Assembly (NCBI GenBank): GCA_947259195.1
Contig: CAMYLC010000008.1
Coordinates: 52,694-116,693, forward strand
Length of the DNA stretch: 64,000 nucleotides
Source: Thermoanaerobaculia bacterium
GTDB lineage: Bacteria > Acidobacteriota > Thermoanaerobaculia > Multivoradales > JAHEKO01
Reading direction: 5' to 3'
Part shown: positions 8,688 through 17,481 of the stretch, piece after piece
How the letters are laid out: each line of letters starts with the position of its first letter
How positions within the stretch are numbered: the stretch's first letter is position 1
Notes under the pieces: model-generated
The model's input: the letters and a program-made list of their open reading frames with translations, nothing else
Told to the model about the DNA's origin: nothing
The model's database searches: none
Program-made: the position numbers and the translations under genes

Positions 8688-10496
8688 TCAGTGCCTTCCA
8701 ATCAGGTCGAAGATCCCCAGCGTCAACGCCGGTACGTAGGTAATCAGCAGAACGCCGATCGCCAGGATCACCAACATGGGTATGGCGGCCCGCCAGATCT
8801 GGAGCACCGGTCGCTCGAAACGATAGGCAGCCAGAAAGAGATTGAGCCCAACAGGTGGGGTCAGGTATCCCAGCTCGAGATTGGCTACGAAGATGATCCC
8901 GAGGTGAATGGGATCGATGCCGAAGGCCGCTCCCAGCGGCACGATCAGCGGCACAACCACGACGATGGCTGAGAAGATATCCATCAAGCAGCCCACCAGC
9001 AGCAAGAGGAGATTCAGGCAAAGCAGGAAGGTCAAGGGAGAATGGATGTAGGTCTGCACCCAATCCACGATCCTCGCCGGTACCTGGACGTCGACCAGGT
9101 AGTTCGTGAATCCCATGGCCACGGCCAAGATGATCAACACCCCACCGATCAGCACGAGACACTCGACGAGGACTTTCGGCAGATCCCGTCGAAAGGAGAG
9201 GTTGCGGTGCACGAGGAACTCGATGGCGAATGTGTAGAGGACGGTGAGGGCGGCCGACTCCACCAGGGTCGCGTAGCCACTGAAAATCGAACCGAGTACC
9301 ACCAGGGGCAAAGCCAGCTCCCACTTGCCTACCCAGATGGCGCTTCGCGCTTCCCGCAGACTGAAGGACTGACGGCCCGCCCGCGTCACGACACCTTCTC
9401 GAACACCCCAGGCCGCCACCAACAGGAGCAGCAGGAGACCGGGAACCAGCCCCCCGAGGAACAAATCGGGGATCGCGATCTGGGCGACGATGCCGTAGAG
9501 CATGAGGGGCAGTGCGGGTGGAAACAGGAGGCCCAGCGACCCGGAGGCCGTCAGCAGCCCGAGCGAGAAGCGCTCTCGGTAGCCGTCGGACCGCAGGGCC
9601 TGGAACAGGAGGCCGCCCAGTGCCAGGATGGTAACGCCAGAACCGCCAGTGAGAACCGTGAAGAAGGCACAGGACATGGCGGCTACTATCGCCGTCCCGC
9701 CAGGCACCCATCCGAACAGGGCCCGAAAAACCCTCAGCAGGCGCTCCGAGGCGCCTCCCTGGGCCAGCATGAAACCCGACAATGTGAAGAGTGGAATCGC
9801 CGGCAGCGTGGGCGACACCACCAACCGATACGTTTCGACGGGAACGGCCGCCGCAGGCACGCCTTCCGCCAGGAAGAGAAGCACCGCGAGTCCACCGAGG
9901 GCAGCGAAGATGGGGCCACCGAGAAGCGTCGCGACGAGCACGATCCCGACAAGAGGCAGGACCGCCGCACCCTCCAGCCACAAAGGGAACTGACCCAGCA
10001 GCAGGCCCAGAAGGAGTCCGATCAGAGCCGGTATCCGGGCCACCCATCGATGCGCAGAGTTCTTGACCAGGCGCAATGCGATGAGTGCGAACCCGACAGG
10101 CATTACCACTTGCGCGACCCACACCGGAAAGCCGGCAGCGACCTCCGTACCTGCCTGGCGCTCGATCACTACCAGATCCCATGCCGCCCGTGCCAACAGC
10201 GCCGTGATCGCAGCCGCTATCGTATTGGCACCGATTTTGGCTGCCTCTCGCCATCGACCCTCTACCAAGAACTCGCCCGTCGCCAACGTCAGGAGCTTGT
10301 CTTCCCGCGAGGCCAGCGCCGCACCCAGAAAGGTGACCCAGAGCGTCAGGTGCTGGACGAAGGGGAGGGAGCCGGGAATGCCGATGCCGAAGATGCCGCG
10401 CAGACCAGCCTCGGCCAAAGGCAGGATCGCCATCAAGCCCAGCGACAGGCCGGCCAGTCCGCCTTCGAGGCGCCAAAAGGCGCCTTTCAGCGACAA
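8688..10496 (-). CDS. TRAP transporter fused small/large permease (DctQ-DctM fusion)
   Basis: 602-aa strongly hydrophobic ORF. A DctQ-like N-terminal segment is fused to a DctM-like body (LFTLSGFMLAQGGASERLLRVF, ELGYLTPPVGLNLFLAAY). Lies 36 nt downstream of tatT on the same strand. Confidence 0.85.
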   Translation of the reverse strand: MSLKGAFWRLEGGLAGLSLGLMAILPLAEAGLRGIFGIGIPGSLPFVQHLTLWVTFLGAALASREDKLLTLATGEFLVEGRWREAAKIGANTIAAAITALLARAAWDLVVIERQAGTEVAAGFPVWVAQVVMPVGFALIALRLVKNSAHRWVARIPALIGLLLGLLLGQFPLWLEGAAVLPLVGIVLVATLLGGPIFAALGGLAVLLFLAEGVPAAAVPVETYRLVVSPTLPAIPLFTLSGFMLAQGGASERLLRVFRALFGWVPGGTAIVAAMSCAFFTVLTGGSGVTILALGGLLFQALRSDGYRERFSLGLLTASGSLGLLFPPALPLMLYGIVAQIAIPDLFLGGLVPGLLLLLLVAAWGVREGVVTRAGRQSFSLREARSAIWVGKWELALPLVVLGSIFSGYATLVESAALTVLYTFAIEFLVHRNLSFRRDLPKVLVECLVLIGGVLIILAVAMGFTNYLVDVQVPARIVDWVQTYIHSPLTFLLCLNLLLLLVGCLMDIFSAIVVVVPLIVPLGAAFGIDPIHLGIIFVANLELGYLTPPVGLNLFLAAYRFERPVLQIWRAAIPMLVILAIGVLLITYVPALTLGIFDLIGRH

Positions 10497-10532
10497 GGGC
10501 CCTCCGATCGCGACAATCGGGACGCAGCAAAC

Positions 10533-11534
10533 CTAGTCTCGAGATTCACCAGCTTCTGTTTCTTCATAGTCCAAGAAGAGGATCTCAGTCCGCGTCAGCA
10601 ACCACTCCGCGCGTCGCTGAGCGAGCACGTTGATCAGGCGCAGCGACGGTTCCGAGTCCGGGTCGATGGCCAGCGCCTGATGAAGCATGTCTCGAAACTC
10701 CCGCCAATCCTGGGCCGGAACCGACACGGCCTCAGCGAAAGTGAGGTAGGGAGAGGCGCTTTTGCCGTGTGACAGCTCGACTGCCCGATCGAAGTGCGCT
10801 CGGGCTTTGTCTGCCGAGCCGCCTGCCGCCTCCGGCATGGCTTCCAGGGCGATCAGTACTCCGTGCACGGCACCCCAATCGTAGGCCTCATCCAGCGCCA
10901 TGACCCGCTTCATCAGGATTCTGACCGCCGGCACGTCCGCCACGAGGTCTGGCCGGTCCTGTCCTATCGAGATGGCACCACCCCAGGCGGCTCCCGTCCA
11001 GAACAGAAGCGGCACCTGGTCCAGTCCAAAGCTCTCCACGGCATTTAGGGGCACTGTCTTCAGGAGCTCCACAACGCCCGGCGACTCCAACTCCATGGAC
11101 CGAAAACAGTAGTCCCGGCCGCGAAGATAGAGTTGCAATGCTCGAACATAGCCGCGGCTGGCAGCTGCGAAATCGGTATCTTCGAGCTGTTCGGCCTCGG
11201 TCTCTACGAAAGCGAAAGCGTACTGTGCAAACCCTCGGCAGGCGGCCAGCAGAAGACCACGGTGCTCCGGTTTCTCAGCCAGCAGGGACTCGATTGTCTT
11301 CAGGGCGAACGGAGTGGCATCTCGAATCAGCTCGGGATCACTGTCCGAAGCGAAGACATCGCCTGTCGAAGTGAGGGAATCGGCCAAGGCGTTGACCGCC
11401 AGCCCGCGAACCGAGCAAGCCCAACCGGACAGGGCAAGGCAACCAATCAACGCGAAACGGACCACCAGTCTATTCGCGGAGAGCTCCTGCGGCCCATTCT
11501 CGGCTCGGCTTCGCCAGATTCCACGATCCCTCAT
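10533..11534 (-). CDS. TRAP-transporter-associated TPR lipoprotein, TatT family
   Basis: Trimmed from track ORF 10533..11801 to the ATG at 11534 (333 aa). Lipobox-like FALIGC. TatT-like helical-repeat body (DPELIRDATPFALKTIESLL, LLFWTGAAWGGAISI, GGSADKARAHFDRAVELS). The exact start is uncertain because no clear SD is present. Confidence 0.7.
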   Translation of the reverse strand: MRDRGIWRSRAENGPQELSANRLVVRFALIGCLALSGWACSVRGLAVNALADSLTSTGDVFASDSDPELIRDATPFALKTIESLLAEKPEHRGLLLAACRGFAQYAFAFVETEAEQLEDTDFAAASRGYVRALQLYLRGRDYCFRSMELESPGVVELLKTVPLNAVESFGLDQVPLLFWTGAAWGGAISIGQDRPDLVADVPAVRILMKRVMALDEAYDWGAVHGVLIALEAMPEAAGGSADKARAHFDRAVELSHGKSASPYLTFAEAVSVPAQDWREFRDMLHQALAIDPDSEPSLRLINVLAQRRAEWLLTRTEILFLDYEETEAGESRD

Positions 11535-11692
11535 TATCGGCACCGGACTACTGAATGTACCCGGGGGCAGGTTGAGGGTCAAGCAGGGCCTCACAAAGCC
11601 GAAAGTGGGTCGTATCGCGGTCAAGAGCCTCAGCGCCGGACCAGCCGATCGAGGCCTGCAACCTGTCCATCCGGATGACGTACTAGGTTCTA

Positions 11693-12901
11693 ATGGCACC
11701 GAAGGTAGATAGACTCCTCCAGATTGCCTCGGATCCTGCCATATCGACCAGTGGAGCAAGGCACGTGCAGAAGAGCACTCAGGAATACGTCCAGCAGGCA
11801 CGTCACTTTCTACGTCAGTACACCGAAGGTCTGAACGTCCGTGACCTGCGGCGCCTCTTTGATCAGGATGCCTCTCACGCCTACAAGGTCCTGACTCGAG
11901 ATCAGGATACAGACGGGGAGCCCGAAGATGCGACGCGGAGGTTCTTCCATCGAACGAAGGTCATATTCCTCGGCATCTCCTACAAGCTGGGCCCAGCGCG
12001 ACGGATGCTCTTCGTGCTCTGCCTCTTCTTCGCGATCCTCGGATTGGTCAGCCCACCGACCTTCGAGTTCTACTCGGACCAAACAAGTGTCAAGCTCGAT
12101 TTTTCCCCTTTCTGGTTTCTTCTCAGCATCGGTGGCCTCCTCTGGCTTCTCATCGTGGAGTTGGTGGATCGGGTGCGGGTTCGGGATGAGCTCGAAGTAG
12201 CCCGCAAGCTGCAAAGCGACCTGCTGCCGGACACCTCACCGGAGATTCCCGGTTACACATTCGCCCACTCTTACCGCACGGCGAATGAGGTCGGAGGTGA
12301 TTACTACGACTTCCAGACTCTTCCCGATGGTCGCCTGGCAATCCTCATGGGAGATGCCAGCGGCCACGGAATCGCCGCCGGCCTGCTGATGGCGATTTCC
12401 AACGCCACCCTGAAGACGGCTCTGGATGTCGATCCGGAACCGGACGCGGTGGCTTCTCTGCTCAACTCCGCCCTGTACCGAACTGGCGACCGCCGGGCGT
12501 TCATGACCCTTTTCTACGGCCTTCTCGAGCCGCTCAGCGGAAGACTCACCTTCGTGTGCGCCGGACATCCGTTTCCCCTGCTGCGCAAGGCCGGGGGGCA
12601 AATCCAAGAGCTCGGGACGGGAACGCTACCCCTGGGCTTGCGTCGCGGCGTCGACCTGCAGGCACAGTCGGTCGTTCTCGAGGATGGCGACCTGCTGGTC
12701 CTCTTCACAGATGGATTGCCCGAATCGGTCAGCGGACCCGACGGCGACGCGTTCGGCTTCCAGAAGATCAAGCAACTGCTGGCTACCGTCGGCTCTCCCG
12801 ACCGGGTGCACGACCGCATTCTCCTGGCCTTCGACCAGCACATCGGCCATGAGCCCCTCACCGATGATTTGACCCTGGTGGTTATCTCCAAGGCCGCCTA
12901 G
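11693..12901 (+). CDS. Membrane-anchored PP2C/SpoIIE-family serine phosphatase
   Basis: 402-aa ORF with two hydrophobic helices followed by a SpoIIE/PPM domain (ARKLQSDLLP, EVGGDYYDF, LMGDASGHGIAAGLLMA, LVLFTDGLPE). Confidence 0.85.
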   Translation: MAPKVDRLLQIASDPAISTSGARHVQKSTQEYVQQARHFLRQYTEGLNVRDLRRLFDQDASHAYKVLTRDQDTDGEPEDATRRFFHRTKVIFLGISYKLGPARRMLFVLCLFFAILGLVSPPTFEFYSDQTSVKLDFSPFWFLLSIGGLLWLLIVELVDRVRVRDELEVARKLQSDLLPDTSPEIPGYTFAHSYRTANEVGGDYYDFQTLPDGRLAILMGDASGHGIAAGLLMAISNATLKTALDVDPEPDAVASLLNSALYRTGDRRAFMTLFYGLLEPLSGRLTFVCAGHPFPLLRKAGGQIQELGTGTLPLGLRRGVDLQAQSVVLEDGDLLVLFTDGLPESVSGPDGDAFGFQKIKQLLATVGSPDRVHDRILLAFDQHIGHEPLTDDLTLVVISKAA

Positions 12902-12907
12902 CACGGG

Positions 12908-14365
12908 CTACCCCCTCTCGACCACCATCGAGAAGCCGACCCCTCCAGCGGCACAGACGGTGATCAGGCCGAGATTCAAACCTCGGAATCGCAACTCCTC
13001 GAGCAATTGAATCGTGACCCGGCCGCCGGTAGCTCCGAAAGGATGACCGAGAGCGATCGAGCCGCCGTTGACATTGAATCGTTCCAGGTCGATTTCGCCG
13101 AGAGGCTCGCTGCGGCCCAACTCCTGGTTGGCGAACCTACGGGACGCGAAGGCCTGCATGTTGGAGAGGATCTGCGCCGCAAAGGCCTCGTGCATCTCAA
13201 CCAGATGCATATCGGAGAGCTTCAGACCGGCTCGATCGAGAGCCATGGGAGCGGCGTAGGCGGGCGCCTGGAGAAGTTGCGTCCCGGGATCCAGGCTGGC
13301 ATAGGCAAAAGAACGGATATAGCCCAGAGGCGAATAGCCCAGGGATCGAGCCTTGTCCTCGCTCATCAGAATGACCGCTGAAGCTCCGTCGGTCAGCGGA
13401 CTGGAGTTGCCAGCGGTAAGCGATCCATACTGTCTGTCGAAGACCGGACTGAGCTCAGCCAGTGCCGCCTCGGTCGAGTCGGGTCGGATCCCGTTGTCCG
13501 CGGTTACCGCTTTGTCAAAACCAGGTCGAGGAAAGGTGGGCACGATCTGCCCGGAGAGTCGCCCATCCGCAGTTGCGGCCGCGGCTCGTTGATGTGACAT
13601 CAAGGCGATTTCATCCTGGGCGCGGCGCGAGATCCCGTTCTCCTTGGCCATCTTCTCGCACGCTTCCCCCATGGACATACCTGTCGTGTACTCGGCGATC
13701 GCCGGCGGTACCGGCACGAGATCGCGCGGCCGAAACTTGGATACCACTGCCGCCTTCTGGCCCAGAGTCTTCGCTTTGCTGAGCTCCATCATCCGACGAG
13801 CGGCTGCCTTCGACACCAGGACAGGAGGGTTGCTCAGCGCCTCGGCGCCGCCGGCCAGCACGACATCGCACTGGCCGCTGAGAATGGCCTCGGCTCCAGA
13901 TGTGATCGCGCGGTTGGACGAGGCGCAGGCGAGGCTCACTGTGGTCCCCGGAATCGTCATCGGCAGGCTGGCCCGAAAGACGACTTCCCGACCCAGGTTG
14001 GGAGCATGAAGCGCCGGCACGACAACTCCGAAGATCGAGTAGTCCACCTCATCCAGAGGCAGGGCATTGCGCGCCAACAGCTCGGCAACTGCAACCCCAG
14101 CCAGGTCGATGACGTCCATGTCGCGGAGATCGGTACCCGCATTGCAGAAAGGTGTCCGACATCCATCGACGATCGCCACTCTCCCGCCAACACCCTTCAA
14201 GATCTGGCTCGCCACTTTGGCGATATTGGGTGCCTCTCCAGGGCCGCGAGTCCGCACGCTGTCGGCAAGAGCACCGATCTCTTCGGTGGCCGAGCTCTCG
14301 AGCGGCGGAGGCAATACCGGCTTTCGGTCCGATGACCGACTGTTCGAATTGGAATCGGCAGACAT
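12908..14365 (-). CDS. Thiolase (acetyl-CoA C-acyltransferase family)
   Basis: 485-aa ORF with catalytic Cys context VSLACASSNRAI, the C-terminal motifs NVNGGSIALGHPFGATGGR and CAAGGVG, and an unusual ~50-aa Ser/Pro-rich N-terminal extension. An internal alternative start is possible. Confidence 0.9.
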   Translation of the reverse strand: MSADSNSNSRSSDRKPVLPPPLESSATEEIGALADSVRTRGPGEAPNIAKVASQILKGVGGRVAIVDGCRTPFCNAGTDLRDMDVIDLAGVAVAELLARNALPLDEVDYSIFGVVVPALHAPNLGREVVFRASLPMTIPGTTVSLACASSNRAITSGAEAILSGQCDVVLAGGAEALSNPPVLVSKAAARRMMELSKAKTLGQKAAVVSKFRPRDLVPVPPAIAEYTTGMSMGEACEKMAKENGISRRAQDEIALMSHQRAAAATADGRLSGQIVPTFPRPGFDKAVTADNGIRPDSTEAALAELSPVFDRQYGSLTAGNSSPLTDGASAVILMSEDKARSLGYSPLGYIRSFAYASLDPGTQLLQAPAYAAPMALDRAGLKLSDMHLVEMHEAFAAQILSNMQAFASRRFANQELGRSEPLGEIDLERFNVNGGSIALGHPFGATGGRVTIQLLEELRFRGLNLGLITVCAAGGVGFSMVVERG

Positions 14366-14427
14366 GTTTCCCAGCTCCTCGATAGGCTCGCAACTCTACC
14401 CCACCGATGTCGCGGCCTTGATACTCT

Positions 14428-15132
14428 ATGCCCGTGACCGACTCATTGGACAAGAACACAGCCGCCACTGAAGGCACTTATTCGAAGCCGCGTGCCAGAA
14501 CCCGCTTCAAGCGGATTCTGCTTACCGGCCTGGTGATTCTGGTACCGGTCACCCTGACCATCTACATTCTCAAGCAGATCTTCGATTTCATGGACGGGAT
14601 TTTTGCGCCTGTCATCGACAAGGCGATAGGCGTCTATCTGCCTGGCGCTCACGTCCCCGGGCTCGGCCTGGCGCTGACCCTCCTGGTAGTGCTTCTGCTC
14701 GGCTGGCTTTCCACCAATGTCGTGGGTCGGCAACTGATCAACGGTATCGAATCCCTCATCTGCCGCATTCCGGTCGCCAAGTCCATCTACTCGGCGACCA
14801 AGGGTGTGCTCGAAGCGGTCTCATTCGATCAGGGTGATGCCTTCCAGAGAGTCGTGCTGATCGAATACCCCAAGGAGAACATCTTCGCGCTAGCCTTCGT
14901 CACCAGGTCGGCCAGCTGGCCACACCTGCATCCCAAGACTTCCGACCTTCTGCTGGTGTTCGTTCCGACCACCCCCAATCCGACCAGCGGCTTCCTTCTG
15001 CTGGTGCCGCGCAGCGAAGCCATTTCTATGCCCATATCCGTGGAGCAGGGAATTCGGATGGTGATCTCCGGAGGCATACTCCTTCCCGACCTGGCGGGAC
15101 CGAAAGCGGTCCAGAGCACCCCCCCTCGCTAG
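14428..15132 (+). CDS. DUF502-family membrane protein
   Basis: 234-aa ORF with two N-terminal TM helices and a DUF502-like core (IPVAKSIYSATKGVLEAV, VFVPTTPNPTSGFLLLVPR, GIRMVISGG). Confidence 0.8.
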   Translation: MPVTDSLDKNTAATEGTYSKPRARTRFKRILLTGLVILVPVTLTIYILKQIFDFMDGIFAPVIDKAIGVYLPGAHVPGLGLALTLLVVLLLGWLSTNVVGRQLINGIESLICRIPVAKSIYSATKGVLEAVSFDQGDAFQRVVLIEYPKENIFALAFVTRSASWPHLHPKTSDLLLVFVPTTPNPTSGFLLLVPRSEAISMPISVEQGIRMVISGGILLPDLAGPKAVQSTPPR

Positions 15133-15201
15133 AGCACGAGAACGGCACGAGATCCTGTCGCGTCCGTAACAGAGGGCTGGCATGCATCCTGCTACACTTT
15201 C

Positions 15202-16923
15202 TTGATTACGATGAGAAGAAGCGCCACACACCTTGTCCTCACGGCCCTTCTCCTTGGGCTGGTCCCGATACCGACCGGTGCCCAGGAGATCGCCAAAGAG
15301 GAACTGTTCGAGAAGACGCTGAAGGCCGCCCTGCAGGCGCTCGCCTTCTACGGCGGATACGACAACCCGGCCGAGATGCAGCGGGTCGCTGATATCGGCT
15401 ATCGGATCGCCCAGGAGTCGAAGTTCCAGGACTACCCCTACACCTTCTACCTCGCCGACATGCCGGAGCCCAATGCCTTCGCGCTGCCGGGTGGGCAGAT
15501 TTTCATCACACGAGGGATGCTCGACCTCGGCCTCAGCGATGACATGTTGGCCAGTCTCCTGGGTCACGAGATCGGTCACGTCGTGCTGCAACACGGAACA
15601 CGGATGCAGCGCAAGGCTACGCTGCTCAACATCTTGAGTCAGGCACTGTTGGTGGGCGTCATGATCGGTGCCAGTCAAGGTGACAACCGCAATGATGTAC
15701 CCACAGACCCCTATGGCCGCGGCAATTCGACCGGGGATCTGATCCAGGGCACCGCAGCCGCCGGCGCTGTCATCAGCGAGTTGCTCCTGCGCAGCTATAG
15801 CCGCGAATTCGAGGATGAAGCCGATGACGAGGGCCAGCGACTGGCCGCCGCCGCCGGCTTCGATCCCAAGGGCACACAGCAATTGATGGAAAAGATGCTG
15901 GCCCACATGCCACAATCGAAGGAATACGGGTACTGGCGTACCCACCCCTTCTTCGACGACCGGGCACAAGCCGCCAATGTTCGCGATGACTTGCTGAAGA
16001 TCAAGGATGCCAGCTCGGCGGCCGAGTATCGTGCCAAGACACAGCGCCTACTCCTGGAATTCGCCGAACGGTCGAAGATCGAGCCCGAGCTGATTCCACA
16101 CCTCAAAGAGGAAGCGTTGGTCGCCTGGCCTCAAGGACCGACGGCCGATGGACTGCGACTGGAGAAGCTCCATACCTTGCGTGACCTTCTGGAGAGTCAG
16201 AATTCGTTGGCGCGGGATTGGAACAGGCTCATCGAGGCCTACCGTTCCGAGCTCGAACAGGTTCGTCAGCTGACCCCTGAGAGCCCACTCGTGGCGCAGC
16301 TCGGTGAGGAGGTCGACTTCTTCGATCGGCAGCGGCGAGAGCTCTACCCCCAGGCAGCAGAGACCCTCGCCGGGGGAATCTACGAGACCGAGTTTCTCGA
16401 GGTTTTTTCCAGCAACTACCCCGACTCTCCTGAGAAGCCTGCAGTGGCCCTGGCACTTGGAGATGCCTACAGCCGTCTGGGCAGACAGAGTGAGGCCGTG
16501 GAGCGGTACCTGGAGGCCTCTGCTGCTGCACCCGACAGCCAGGCCGGCGAGCGAGCGGCCAGGGGGCTGCGGGGGCTTGCCCCCTATCTCAATCAGCTCA
16601 CCGCCCTGCAACAGCTGGCGTTGGAATCCGACGACTCGGAGCTTCGAGAGTTGGCACATCAGCGTCTCGCGACGTTGGCTACCGAGTACAAGGAACTGGC
16701 CAACGGCGCGAAATACCTGAAAACGTATCCGGACGGGGATCAGGCGGTAGTCGTACGCCAGAGGCTCGACAAGCTAGCCGAAGCCCTTTTCGGAGAGGTC
16801 ATTCTCTACCAAAGTGTCGGTGATCACGTGAAGGGGATCGAGCGCATCCAGCAGATCCTGACCTACGCCCCCCAGTCCCCCGCCGCCGAGCGCCTTCGGG
16901 CGCGGATGGTCGTCGAAAGCTGA
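15202..16923 (+). CDS. M48-family zinc metalloprotease with C-terminal TPR-like region (BepA-like)
   Basis: 573-aa ORF with a signal peptide, the HExxH motif LLGHEIGHVVLQHG, a downstream EDEADDEG and a helical-repeat C-terminal half. TTG at 15202 or ATG at 15211. Confidence 0.85.
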   Translation: MITMRRSATHLVLTALLLGLVPIPTGAQEIAKEELFEKTLKAALQALAFYGGYDNPAEMQRVADIGYRIAQESKFQDYPYTFYLADMPEPNAFALPGGQIFITRGMLDLGLSDDMLASLLGHEIGHVVLQHGTRMQRKATLLNILSQALLVGVMIGASQGDNRNDVPTDPYGRGNSTGDLIQGTAAAGAVISELLLRSYSREFEDEADDEGQRLAAAAGFDPKGTQQLMEKMLAHMPQSKEYGYWRTHPFFDDRAQAANVRDDLLKIKDASSAAEYRAKTQRLLLEFAERSKIEPELIPHLKEEALVAWPQGPTADGLRLEKLHTLRDLLESQNSLARDWNRLIEAYRSELEQVRQLTPESPLVAQLGEEVDFFDRQRRELYPQAAETLAGGIYETEFLEVFSSNYPDSPEKPAVALALGDAYSRLGRQSEAVERYLEASAAAPDSQAGERAARGLRGLAPYLNQLTALQQLALESDDSELRELAHQRLATLATEYKELANGAKYLKTYPDGDQAVVVRQRLDKLAEALFGEVILYQSVGDHVKGIERIQQILTYAPQSPAAERLRARMVVES

Positions 16924-16968
16924 TCCTGGGACCCGAGGACTCCGAGAGCAATCCACGAAGGGCAAGCG

Positions 16969-17436
16969 ATGAGTACGACGATAACCGAGCTCAATCAGGC
17001 AGCACTGCAAGGAATCGAGGCCTGCAAGAAGGGGCAATGGAAAGAGGGGCTGGCCGTCCTCGGCAAAGTGGCAGAGGCCGACCGCCAGGGTGCGGAGCTC
17101 AACGGCCAGTTCTACTCCTACCTGGGCTACGGAATAGCCCGCTACGAACGACGGGTCAAGGAAGGCCTAGCTCTCTGCGAGCACTCCATCAAGCTCCAGT
17201 TCTACGAGCCCGAGAACTACCTCAACCTGGCTCGCGTTCATCTACTGGCCCGGAATCGACGCAAAGCGGTGGAGGCTCTGAACCGAGCTCTCAAACTGAA
17301 CGCCTCGAATCCTGGTGCCATCGCCCTGGCGCGGGAAATCGGCTGGCGAAGACGGCCGGTGATCCCCTTTCTCTCACGCAGCAACTTCCTCAACCGACTG
17401 CTGGGTAGGTTGAGCTATGGGTTGCGACGGAAGTAG
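16969..17436 (+). CDS. Small TPR-repeat protein
   Basis: 155-aa ORF with TPR-like helices (YSYLGYGIARYERRVKEGLALCEHSIKL, NYLNLARVHLLARNRRKAVEALNRALKLN). Confidence 0.65.
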   Translation: MSTTITELNQAALQGIEACKKGQWKEGLAVLGKVAEADRQGAELNGQFYSYLGYGIARYERRVKEGLALCEHSIKLQFYEPENYLNLARVHLLARNRRKAVEALNRALKLNASNPGAIALAREIGWRRRPVIPFLSRSNFLNRLLGRLSYGLRRK

Positions 17437-17481
17437 CTGCGCTGCAGGGGAAACGGAGGCCGGTCTCGGCAATGGCTGTTC

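Noticed and set aside
8680-10530. 616-aa minus-strand ORF in an alternative frame of the TRAP permease
   Set aside because: The translation is Arg/Gly/Pro-rich and not protein-like. The 8688..10496 frame gives a coherent DctQ/DctM membrane protein.
9042-10772. 576-aa plus-strand ORF antisense to the TRAP permease and tatT genes
   Set aside because: This is a shadow ORF of a GC-rich gene. Its composition is dominated by R/Q/H/E/D/G, it has no recognisable motif, and the opposite strand encodes a convincing polytopic permease.
15178-15193. Sigma-54-like element CTGGCATGCATCCTGCT upstream of the M48 peptidase gene
   Set aside because: The GG-N10-GC spacing is correct, but the predicted start (~15204) would leave at most ~7 nt before the ATG at 15211 and would fall inside the TTG-start version of the gene. 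There is no room for a leader or SD, so it is probably a chance match in GC-rich DNA.
14890-15969. 359-aa minus-strand ORF antisense to the DUF502 and M48 peptidase genes. The same class includes 5442..6356(-), 41707..42603(-), 53749..54684(-), 35144..35881(-) and 61958..62602(-).
   Set aside because: All are antisense to genes with strong motif support and have low-complexity, charged compositions typical of high-GC shadow ORFs.
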